Positions 26,449 through 34,903 of a DNA stretch of 36,670 bases are shown here, piece by piece. Each line of letters begins with the position of its first letter. Positions within the stretch are counted from its first letter, which is position 1. The DNA is from Anseongella sp. (GTDB lineage Bacteria > Bacteroidota > Bacteroidia > Sphingobacteriales > Sphingobacteriaceae). Where the stretch lies: NCBI GenBank assembly GCA_036570465.1, contig DATCYD010000333.1, positions 1-36,670 on the forward strand. The letters are read 5' to 3'. Position numbers and translations under genes: made by a program. A model generated the notes under the pieces. The model was not told the origin of the DNA. It saw only the letters and a list, made by a program, of their open reading frames with translations, and searched no databases.

Positions 26449-28893
26449 ATGAAAAGGATCATTGTCATTTGCATGGCACTGATGAGCCCGGCATATGTTC
26501 TGGGACAACAGGTGCTTCGTGGTGCAATCAAGGACGGGGCAAGCGGTGAGTCGCTGCAGGGAGCAACCGTCAGCATTCAAAACACATTCATGAGCGCGCA
26601 AACCGATTCTGCGGGTGTGTTCCGGTTTCCGGACCTTCGGGCGGGAGATTATGTGCTCCGGATCACATTCCTAGGTTATGCCCCGGCCGAACGACGGGTT
26701 ACGCTTCCTCAGAACAGGCCGGTGGAGGTCATCATGGAACAAGCGAATTACATGACTGAAGAGGTGATTGTTACAGCCACCAGAGCTTCGGCCAATTCGG
26801 CAACTGCTTTTACCAATATCGATAAGACCTATCTGGAAAAACAGAACCTGGGTCAGGATCTGCCTTACCTGGTAAATCTGAGCCCTTCGGTCGTAGTTAG
26901 CTCCGATGCCGGAAACGGGGTTGGATATACTGGTATTCGTATTCGTGGAAGCGATAACACCCGGGTAAACCTAACCATTAACGGCATTCCGCTGAATGAT
27001 GCCGAATCACAGGGAACATTCCTGGTAAACCTGCCGGACTTTGCTTCTTCTGTTGATAATATGCAGATACAACGAGGTGTAGGCACCTCCACCAATGGTG
27101 CGGGAGCTTTCGGGGGAAGCATCAATATTCAAACCACGAAAGCTTCTCCCCGGCCTTATGCTGAACTGGACAATTCTTTCGGCTCATTTAATACGTTGAA
27201 AAACACCGTATCGGTTGGCACCGGACTGATCAACAACGCCTTTAGCTTTAACGGACGTCTTTCAAGGATTCGCTCCGAAGGTTTTGTGGACCGTGCCAGC
27301 TCCAGGCTGCACTCTTTCTTTATTAACGGGACCTATCAGGGGAAACAGGACTTATTGAGCTTCAACGTCTTTTCAGGAAAGGAGAAAACTTATCAGGCCT
27401 GGAATGGAATTCCCCAGGCTCGCCTGGAAGGTGACGCCACTGGGATGGCAGCCTTTATAGAACGAAACGGCCTGAGTGAAACTGATGCAGAACGGCTCCT
27501 GAGCGCCGGTTCCCGCACCTATAATCAGTTCACTTACGATGATCAGACTGACAACTATCAGCAGGACCATTATCAGGCACTCTATTCACATCAGTTTTCT
27601 TCTGCCCTGAACGCTAACATTGGTTTACATCTGACAAAAGGCCGCGGGTATTACGAAGAACTGAAACCCGGTGAGGACTTTTCCGGTTACGGATTGGAAG
27701 ATATCATCACTGGCGGCGATACGATCAGCACAACCGACCTGATCAGGCGGCGCTGGCTGGATAATACCTTTTACGGGCTTACCTATTCGCTGAATTATGA
27801 ACCTGGCCGTACCACTTATACGCTTGGGGGGGCATATAACGAATACGATGGCAGCCATTTTGGAGAAATTACCTGGGCAGAATTTGCTTCCGACAGCTTC
27901 AAGGACGATCGCTATTACGAAAACGATGCCTTTAAAACGGATTTTAACGTTTACGGAAAGCTGGAACATATGCTTACGGAACGTTTGAGCGTCTTCGCCG
28001 ATCTGCAGTACAGACGAGTGTTTTACTCGTTCCTGGGTTTTGACCGCAACGGAATGAACGTCCGGCAGGAAGTCACGCTGGATTTTTTCAACCCCAAGGC
28101 AGGAATTAGCTTCAAGCCCTCGCCCCGGCATACGGTATATGCCTCTTTCAGTGTCGCCAATAAAGAGCCCAACCGGGATGACTACACAGAATCCACACCG
28201 GGAAGCCGCCCGGGGGCTGAACGGCTTTACGATCTGGAAGCCGGTTGGAAAGGTCGTTTCAACACGGGAAGTGCAGGACTCAATTTCTACCTGATGAGTT
28301 ACCGGGACCAGCTGATCCTCACCGGGAAGATCAATGATGTTGGATCCTATACCCGGGTGAACATCCCCGAAAGCTACCGCACAGGCCTGGAACTATATGG
28401 CTCAGTGAAGCTGCTGAGGCAACTAAGCTGGACGGCCAATGCCACCTTCAGCATGAACAAAATCCGCAAATTCACCGAATACCTGGACAACTACGACACC
28501 GGCGATCAGCAAGTGGTTGAGTATGAAGATACCGACATCGCTTTCTCGCCCAGCATCATTGCAGGCAGCGAGCTTTTATTTCAGCCTCTGCCGAGTTTAT
28601 CCGCGGCTTTCATGACCAAATATGTGGGAAAACAATACCTGGATAACACCTCCGCTGAGGCAAGACGACTGGATGCCTGGCTGGTAAACGATGTCCGTTT
28701 ATCGTACCGCTTCCGGGTAAGAGGTTTCCGCGAATTAAAAGTCACCCTTCTGGTAAATAATATATTTGACCATCAATATGAATCCAACGGTTACACCTAC
28801 GGCTATATCAGCGGGGCTGAGGCAATCCGGGAAAATTTTTACTTTCCGCAGGCAGGTGTTAACTTTCTGGCCGGTCTGTCCCTTAAATTTTGA
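26449..28893 (+). CDS. TonB-dependent receptor, probable thiamine/precursor uptake
   Basis: Signal peptide, plug SDAGNGVGYTGIRIRGSD...NGIPLND, IQRGVGTSTNGAGAFGGSIN, C-terminal F; downstream of a TPP riboswitch. Confidence 0.93.
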   Translation: MKRIIVICMALMSPAYVLGQQVLRGAIKDGASGESLQGATVSIQNTFMSAQTDSAGVFRFPDLRAGDYVLRITFLGYAPAERRVTLPQNRPVEVIMEQANYMTEEVIVTATRASANSATAFTNIDKTYLEKQNLGQDLPYLVNLSPSVVVSSDAGNGVGYTGIRIRGSDNTRVNLTINGIPLNDAESQGTFLVNLPDFASSVDNMQIQRGVGTSTNGAGAFGGSINIQTTKASPRPYAELDNSFGSFNTLKNTVSVGTGLINNAFSFNGRLSRIRSEGFVDRASSRLHSFFINGTYQGKQDLLSFNVFSGKEKTYQAWNGIPQARLEGDATGMAAFIERNGLSETDAERLLSAGSRTYNQFTYDDQTDNYQQDHYQALYSHQFSSALNANIGLHLTKGRGYYEELKPGEDFSGYGLEDIITGGDTISTTDLIRRRWLDNTFYGLTYSLNYEPGRTTYTLGGAYNEYDGSHFGEITWAEFASDSFKDDRYYENDAFKTDFNVYGKLEHMLTERLSVFADLQYRRVFYSFLGFDRNGMNVRQEVTLDFFNPKAGISFKPSPRHTVYASFSVANKEPNRDDYTESTPGSRPGAERLYDLEAGWKGRFNTGSAGLNFYLMSYRDQLILTGKINDVGSYTRVNIPESYRTGLELYGSVKLLRQLSWTANATFSMNKIRKFTEYLDNYDTGDQQVVEYEDTDIAFSPSIIAGSELLFQPLPSLSAAFMTKYVGKQYLDNTSAEARRLDAWLVNDVRLSYRFRVRGFRELKVTLLVNNIFDHQYESNGYTYGYISGAEAIRENFYFPQAGVNFLAGLSLKF

Positions 28894-28896
28894 CAT

Positions 28897-29535
28897 ATGA
28901 AAAAGTATATAGCCCCTTTTCACTACCTGACTCAGGATGTTCCTGTTTTCACCCATCCGGAACTGGCAACGGCAGCTTGTGAAGCCGGTGCGAAATGGAT
29001 TCAATACCGCAGCAAAAACAAAGCGGATAAAAAGTCCTGGCTGGACGAAGCAGCACAAATGGAAGCCATCTGTGATGATTGGGGCACTACGCTGATCATC
29101 TGCTCAGGCGTGGAGATCTGCATGGAGCTTGGAGAAGCACAGGGCGTTCATCTTGAACGAGGCGATATGCCTGTACGGGAAGCCCGCCGGCTGCTTGGAG
29201 ACGCCAAAACCATTGGCGGCTCCGCTCATACCCTGGAAGAGGTGCTGGCTGCTTATGATGACGGCGCCGATTACGTGGGCCTGGGCCCGCACAAACCAAC
29301 CCAAACCATCCGGCATTCGAATCAGTTCCTGGCAACGAGCGACTATCTTCGCATTGCCGGTGAATTACAGAAACGAAATGTGGATATTCCGGTAATCGCT
29401 GCGGGTGGGATCAAACCGGACGATGTGGAAGAGTTGCTGGCTACCGGCATATTCGGGGTAGCGGTTTCTTCCGCGGTGAACCTTTCTGAGAACCCCGGAA
29501 CCGCCTACCGGGAGTTTTACCGGAAGCTCTATTGA
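28897..29535 (+). CDS. thiE: Thiamine-phosphate synthase (ThiE/TenI) family protein with a degenerate active site
   Basis: WIQYRSK, GVHL, GGSAH, ADYVGLGP, PVIAAGGI, GVAVSSAV. The usual ND and TxTK motifs read CS and TQTI. Confidence 0.75.
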   Translation: MKKYIAPFHYLTQDVPVFTHPELATAACEAGAKWIQYRSKNKADKKSWLDEAAQMEAICDDWGTTLIICSGVEICMELGEAQGVHLERGDMPVREARRLLGDAKTIGGSAHTLEEVLAAYDDGADYVGLGPHKPTQTIRHSNQFLATSDYLRIAGELQKRNVDIPVIAAGGIKPDDVEELLATGIFGVAVSSAVNLSENPGTAYREFYRKLY

Positions 29536-29551
29536 AAGGGAACTGTTTTTC

Positions 29552-30883
29552 TCAAAGTTCCGCGGGATCAATACGGGTGGGTGTTTCCGCCCCGCTGATG
29601 ATGGGTTGGGAGGAAACGGCAATGGCATTGATGATGGTTGTGAGATTGTCAATATAGGCCAGAATGGTATGAATATCGTCTCGTGCTCCGTTATAATAAG
29701 GATCTGCTCCCAGCTGGAAGGTGGAGACTGTATGCGCGGGAACACCCAATTGCGCCAGCGGAAAATTATCTGACTGCTTAAAAAGATCGGCTTCCTTGTA
29801 AGGATCAGGCCTGAATTTAAACTTGCCCGGTGCGTAGTCGCGCAGGATATTGGGTAAGGAAGATTCTTTGTAGCCCGTAATGTAAGCGCTCTCTGGCCCG
29901 AACTGAGAGGCCTTTCCGATCACATCCATGTTGATGGCGGCAACAATTTTCGACGGATCAATCGTCCGGGCAAAAAATTCCGAACCCACGCCTCCGGCCT
30001 TCTGTGCCGAAAAGGCCACGAACATAATGGACCGTTCATTCTGATCTGTTTCCCGGAAATGGTTAGCCAGAGTCAGCAGGGCTGCCGTACTGGAACCACC
30101 ATCATCGGCTCCGTTGGCAATGGTATCTCCCTTATCCGCCGGAATATAACCCAGCCCATCATAATGGGTTGAAAAAATAACATATTCACCCTGACGACTC
30201 TTTCCGGGAAGCACCCCAATAATATTGGTGGCATCCACTTTCTCAGTTTTAGTTTCAGCCTTTACTTCAAACTTGTTGAATTTATAAGCATCAGTAAGGA
30301 CAAATACGGTAGAATATGGATTTTTAGGACGATATACCGAATCAATAAAATACTTTTCACGCTGCACCCCGGCGCCAATCCGGTTGAAGATCGGCCTCAA
30401 TATCCGGTCAACTACCACGAGCTTATCGGACTCCAGCCGGTTGACATATTCCAGCTTCCTTCGGATATCATCCTTTACCCCAATGAAGATCACCTTGATA
30501 TCGGGAGTATCCTGGTCCCAGTCGATTTTCAGCTGCTGACTGGCTACGATGATGTTGGGTACCTCAATCGTTTCAGAGTCAATTTTTGCATGATAGTCTG
30601 TATAAATAACCCTGTTTAGGGTAAAATCCTGCCTGAAATCGGTTTGCCCGGGTCCCGGTACCAGCCCGGTTTCCCTGAACTTGCTGATTATATAATCCGC
30701 TGCGATCCCGGCCCCACCGTTAAGCAATCCACGACCACGCAGACTATCGGCCGAAAGCACCTCTATGATACTTTTCACCTCTTCCACACTAATTGTATCC
30801 GGCCCCTGATTTTCTGCTTTTTGGGCAGAAACACTGAAAAGAAAACAAAGGAAACAAACACCGGTAGTAAATAACGCTTTCAT
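29552..30883 (-). CDS. Secreted M28-family peptidase homologue (probably inactive)
   Basis: Signal peptide, LSADSLRGRG, NIIGVLPG, STHYD, NGADDGGS, INMDVIG; EE reads QK and YH reads YN. Confidence 0.85.
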   Translation of the reverse strand: MKALFTTGVCFLCFLFSVSAQKAENQGPDTISVEEVKSIIEVLSADSLRGRGLLNGGAGIAADYIISKFRETGLVPGPGQTDFRQDFTLNRVIYTDYHAKIDSETIEVPNIIVASQQLKIDWDQDTPDIKVIFIGVKDDIRRKLEYVNRLESDKLVVVDRILRPIFNRIGAGVQREKYFIDSVYRPKNPYSTVFVLTDAYKFNKFEVKAETKTEKVDATNIIGVLPGKSRQGEYVIFSTHYDGLGYIPADKGDTIANGADDGGSSTAALLTLANHFRETDQNERSIMFVAFSAQKAGGVGSEFFARTIDPSKIVAAINMDVIGKASQFGPESAYITGYKESSLPNILRDYAPGKFKFRPDPYKEADLFKQSDNFPLAQLGVPAHTVSTFQLGADPYYNGARDDIHTILAYIDNLTTIINAIAVSSQPIISGAETPTRIDPAEL

Positions 30884-30920
30884 ACACTAAACTCTTCAAA
30901 AGATGAAATTAGAAAAATTA

Positions 30921-30953
30921 TTTGCAATTATATCTGTTTTTTTGTGATCTTTG
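30921..30953 (+). promoter_or_regulatory. Putative promoter of the arg leader/operon
   Basis: TTTG at 30921-30924, 21-nt spacer, GATCTTTG at 30946-30953 (one mismatch to TAnnTTTG), 7 nt before the leader ATG. Confidence 0.55.
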
Positions 30954-30960
30954 CTACTTG

Positions 30961-31011
30961 ATGAAAAAACACGTATTCACATACCTGATCAGACCCTTCC
31001 CAAGACGCTGA
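30961..31011 (+). CDS. Putative leader peptide MKKHVFTYLIRPFPRR (16 aa)
   Basis: ATG 30961 to TGA 31011; the last six codons are AGA CCC TTC CCA AGA CGC (3 Arg, 2 Pro). It lies upstream of the arg/pro operon. Confidence 0.65.
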   Translation: MKKHVFTYLIRPFPRR

Positions 31012-31067
31012 TGCGTCTTTAACATCAATATAGCCGCTTACGTAGCGGCTCCTCCCAAGTGTTTTTT
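31002..31067 (+). promoter_or_regulatory. Leader hairpins (candidate attenuator)
   Basis: AAGACGC-TGAT-GCGTCTT (31002-31019), AGCCGCT-TACGT-AGCGGCT (31032-31050), then CCTCCCAAGTG and a T-run. Confidence 0.6.
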
Positions 31068-31112
31068 TAATTATTTTATAAAGCAGGATCGTATCCCCCA
31101 ACGAATGTTCAG

Positions 31113-31820
31113 GTGGAAAACTTAAACGACTTCATTATTACCGTTGCGGATGACCGGCATCTGGACTATGCCGACGCAATTACCAACGAAATGGCCGAGA
31201 GCGCCAAGGCGCGCGGGACGGGTATTGCGCAACGTTCTCCGGAATATGTCCGGAAAAAAATGCAGGAAGGGAAAGCGGTGATCGCTTTGCACACAGATGG
31301 CTCCTGGGCAGGCTTTTGTTACATCGAAACCTGGGGTCACGGGAAGTTCGTGGCCAATTCAGGATTGATCGTACATCCTGACTTCCGGAAGCATGGGTTG
31401 GCAAAGGCCATCAAATACCGTATTTTTGAACTCTCCCGGAAAAAATACCCGGATGCGAAGATTTTCGGCCTTACCACGGGTTTCGCCGTAATGAAGATCA
31501 ATTCAGAGCTGGGCTACGAACCGGTGCCCTATTCCGAGCTCACTGATGACGAAGAGTTCTGGAAAGGTTGCCGGAGTTGTGTAAATCACGATATTCTCAT
31601 GAGCAAGGAACGCAAGAATTGTCTTTGCACCGCCATGCTCTACGACCCGGAAGAAAAGGAGAATGAGCGTCAGGAGAAGGAACGTCGCGAAAAGGAAGAC
31701 GCTGAAAAGGCTTCCAGTGAGAAGCTGAAGCAGATCACTCATAAAGCGTCGCTGCTGGAACGGATCAATGCCAGGCTGCGGCGCTCGGCCAAAGTGTTTG
31801 TTTTATTTTCTAAGATTTAA
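31113..31820 (+). CDS. GNAT-family N-acyltransferase, probable ArgA-type glutamate N-acyltransferase
   Basis: SAKARGTGIA, VANSGLIVHPDFRKHGLAK (acyl-CoA motif A), FWKGCRSC...CLCTAM; first gene of the arg operon. Confidence 0.8.
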   Translation: MENLNDFIITVADDRHLDYADAITNEMAESAKARGTGIAQRSPEYVRKKMQEGKAVIALHTDGSWAGFCYIETWGHGKFVANSGLIVHPDFRKHGLAKAIKYRIFELSRKKYPDAKIFGLTTGFAVMKINSELGYEPVPYSELTDDEEFWKGCRSCVNHDILMSKERKNCLCTAMLYDPEEKENERQEKERREKEDAEKASSEKLKQITHKASLLERINARLRRSAKVFVLFSKI

Positions 31821-31824
31821 ACGG

Positions 31825-33015
31825 ATGAAAAAAGTAGTTTTAGCATATAGCGGCGGCCTCGATACCACCTACTGCCTGTTGTACCTGTCCAGGATCAAGC
31901 ACATGGAAGTACATGCGGTAACGGTAGATACCGGTGGGTTCAGCAAAGAAGAAATAAAGGATGTAGAAAAGCGCGCCATGGAGCTGGGAGCGGCCAGTTA
32001 TCAGTGTGTTGACGCGGTGGACCGGTATTATGAAAGCTGTATCCGGTACCTGATCTTCGGAAACATCCTGAAGAACAACACGTATCCGCTTTCGGTGAGC
32101 GCTGAACGTATTTCCCAGGCCATCGCCATCGCCGATTATGCCAAAGAAATTAAAGCCGATGCCATTGCCCATGGAAGCACCGGAGCCGGCAACGATCAGG
32201 TGCGTTTTGATATGGTTTTCCAGATTTTACTGCCCGGCACGGAGATCATAACGCCTATTCGTGACCTGCAGCTTTCCAGGGAGGCTGAAATAGAATTCCT
32301 GAAGGAACATGGCGTCGAAATGAACTTTGAAAAGGCGAAATACTCCATTAATAAAGGTATCTGGGGTACCTCGGTAGGCGGAAAAGAAACGCTTACTTCC
32401 GGTCAGAACCTGCCCGGGGATGCCTTTCCGACTCCAGTCAGTAAGGACGGGTCCGAAGACATTACCCTTCATTTCGAAAAAGGAGAACTGAAAGGCATTA
32501 ATGAAGAACAATTTGACAAGCCCACGGACGCTATCCGCCGCCTGAATGCCCTCGCGGCTCCGTACGGTATTGGCCGGGACATTCACGTAGGAGACACCAT
32601 AATCGGCATCAAGGGAAGAGTAGGTTTCGAAGCCGCCGCACCCTTGCTGATCATCAAGGCCCACCATACGCTGGAAAAACATGTACTCACCAAATGGCAA
32701 CTCTACTGGAAAGACCAGCTGGCCATGTGGTACGGAAACTGGCTGCATGAAGGACAGTTGCTGGACCCCACCATGCGGAACATCGAGAAATTCCTGGAGG
32801 ATACTCAGCAGCATGTGACCGGGCAGGTATATCTGACGCTTCATCCTTATCGTTTTGTAGTAAACGGGATCGATTCGGCACACGACCTGATGTCAGCCCG
32901 TTTCGGCAGTTACGGAGAAATGAACAAAGGCTGGACCGCTGAAGACGTTAAAGGATTCACCAAAATATTCGGCAACCAGACTGCCATCTATTATAACGTA
33001 AATGAAGAAAATTAA
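31825..33015 (+). CDS. argG: Argininosuccinate synthase
   Basis: KKVVLAYSGGLDT, AHGSTGAGNDQVRF, IGIKGRVGFEA. ATG at 31825. Confidence 0.97.
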   Translation: MKKVVLAYSGGLDTTYCLLYLSRIKHMEVHAVTVDTGGFSKEEIKDVEKRAMELGAASYQCVDAVDRYYESCIRYLIFGNILKNNTYPLSVSAERISQAIAIADYAKEIKADAIAHGSTGAGNDQVRFDMVFQILLPGTEIITPIRDLQLSREAEIEFLKEHGVEMNFEKAKYSINKGIWGTSVGGKETLTSGQNLPGDAFPTPVSKDGSEDITLHFEKGELKGINEEQFDKPTDAIRRLNALAAPYGIGRDIHVGDTIIGIKGRVGFEAAAPLLIIKAHHTLEKHVLTKWQLYWKDQLAMWYGNWLHEGQLLDPTMRNIEKFLEDTQQHVTGQVYLTLHPYRFVVNGIDSAHDLMSARFGSYGEMNKGWTAEDVKGFTKIFGNQTAIYYNVNEEN

Positions 33016-34054
33016 CACAGGTATCGTTGGCTCCGCGGGCTATACCGGCGGGGAACTGATTCGCCTGCTGATCCATCATCCGGCCGTCAATATCGTTTTT
33101 GCCCACAGCCAGAGCCAGGCCGGAAAACCTGTTTATCAGGTGCACAATGACCTTCTGGGCGATACCGATCTGAAATTCGCTGCCGAAACCTCGGATGACA
33201 TAGACATTCTGTTTCTATGCGTGGGCCACGGAAACGCACAAAAATACCTGGAAGCAAATCCGGTGGCGAACCACGTCCGCATCATCGACCTGAGCCAGGA
33301 CTTCCGCAACAATCCGGACTTCCGGCCCGTCGCTGAAGGACAAGGCGATCATAAACAGAGCGGGCCCGGACAGATGGCGCCGGGGACACAGAAGCAACAT
33401 GGCCGGCATTTCATTTATGGCCTCCCGGAACTGAACCGGGACGCCATCCGAAAAGCTGCGAACATTGCCAATCCCGGTTGTTTTGCCACCGGCATCCAGC
33501 TGGCCTTGCTTCCGCTGGCATCGGAAGGCTTGCTGGACAAGGAGGTGCATCTGACCGCTGTCACCGGTTCTACCGGCGCCGGCCAGGCCCCCTCGGGAAC
33601 GACACATTTCAGCTGGCGCAATAATAATCTTTCGGTTTATAAGGCTTTTGGCCATCAGCACCTGAAAGAAATTACACGCAGCCTTAACCAGCTGCAGGCG
33701 GGCTTTCCCGGTCAGCTGAATCTGATCCCCTATCGGGGAGATTTCAGCCGGGGGATCATTGCAACAGCGTATATAGATTGCCCCCTGGATGAAGCCTCTG
33801 CCAGAGAATTATACCAGGATTTTTACCGGCCGCATCCGTTTACGCATATCAGCCCGGAAAATATTGACCTCAAGCAGGTAGTCAATACGAATAAGTGCCT
33901 GCTGTACCTGGAGAAACACGACGATAAACTGATGATCATCAGCATTACGGATAATCTGTTGAAAGGCGCTTCGGGCCAGGCAGTCCAGAATATGAATCTG
34001 ATGTGCGGTTTCGATGAAACCACCGGCCTTAAATTAAAAGCGGTGGCTTTTTAA
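33002..34054 (+). CDS. argC: N-acetyl-gamma-glutamyl-phosphate reductase
   Basis: GSAGYTGGEL, DLSQDFR, YGLPE, IANPGCFAT, DNLLKGASGQAVQNMN. Confidence 0.97.
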   Translation: MKKINTGIVGSAGYTGGELIRLLIHHPAVNIVFAHSQSQAGKPVYQVHNDLLGDTDLKFAAETSDDIDILFLCVGHGNAQKYLEANPVANHVRIIDLSQDFRNNPDFRPVAEGQGDHKQSGPGQMAPGTQKQHGRHFIYGLPELNRDAIRKAANIANPGCFATGIQLALLPLASEGLLDKEVHLTAVTGSTGAGQAPSGTTHFSWRNNNLSVYKAFGHQHLKEITRSLNQLQAGFPGQLNLIPYRGDFSRGIIATAYIDCPLDEASARELYQDFYRPHPFTHISPENIDLKQVVNTNKCLLYLEKHDDKLMIISITDNLLKGASGQAVQNMNLMCGFDETTGLKLKAVAF

Positions 34055-34075
34055 AACAGTTAACCACTTCATGCA

Positions 34076-34882
34076 ATGAATGTAGCAATATTAGGAGGCG
34101 GCAATTTAGGTACCGCGATAGCAAGGGGAATCACACAGAAAAATCTTTATAAAAAGGAAGACGTGATCATTACCCGGCGGAACGCCACCCTCCTGGACGA
34201 ACTGAGCCAGGAAGGATTTGCCGTCACTGACAGCAATACTGACGCTATACGGAAAGCTGAGATCATAATTATCAGCGTGCTGCCCCAGCAGCTTAACCAG
34301 GTCCTCACATCCATCAAAGACGGAATTGACCCGACCAGGCATACGGTGATCTCCATCGTTACCGGCGTAACTGTCGGTGATCTGCGTAAACACCTGGGCA
34401 GCGAGACCTCCATCGTGCGGGCCATGCCCAATACAGCCATTGCCATCGGAGAGTCCATGACTTGCATCGCTTCTGACAGTACCTCGACGGCAGCATCGGT
34501 AGAATTGACCAAACACATTTTCGACGCCGTGGGGAAAACCCTTGTGATCAAGGAAGAACAAATGCTGGCCGCTACCGCGCTTTGCGCCTGTGGCATCGCC
34601 TTTTTCCTTAGAGCCATCAGAGCGGCCTCACAGGGCGGGATCGAGATCAGCTTTCATTCCGAAGAAGCCCTGATGATGGCGGCTCAAACTGCAAGAGGTG
34701 CAGCCGGGTTGCTGGCAAACGAACATTCGCATCCCGAAAACGAGATCGATAAGGTGACCTCGCCCCGCGGCTGCACCATCGCCGGACTAAACCAGATGGA
34801 ACACCATGGATTCAGTTCGGCCATGATCCGTGGCATTATCACATCGGCCGAAAAGGCCGGTAATCTGTACAAGACCGATTAA
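34076..34882 (+). CDS. proC: Pyrroline-5-carboxylate reductase
   Basis: GGGNLG, VRAMPNTA, VTSPRGCTIAGL. Confidence 0.95.
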   Translation: MNVAILGGGNLGTAIARGITQKNLYKKEDVIITRRNATLLDELSQEGFAVTDSNTDAIRKAEIIIISVLPQQLNQVLTSIKDGIDPTRHTVISIVTGVTVGDLRKHLGSETSIVRAMPNTAIAIGESMTCIASDSTSTAASVELTKHIFDAVGKTLVIKEEQMLAATALCACGIAFFLRAIRAASQGGIEISFHSEEALMMAAQTARGAAGLLANEHSHPENEIDKVTSPRGCTIAGLNQMEHHGFSSAMIRGIITSAEKAGNLYKTD

Positions 34883-34903
34883 CGAGTTAAAAATCGAATC
34901 AAC

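Noticed and set aside
32227-32883. 218-aa antisense ORF inside argG (and other long shadow ORFs such as 34967-35503, 27625-28131, 13707-14177)
   Set aside because: They fully overlap conserved genes on the opposite strand, show no recognisable motifs, and are expected from codon bias.
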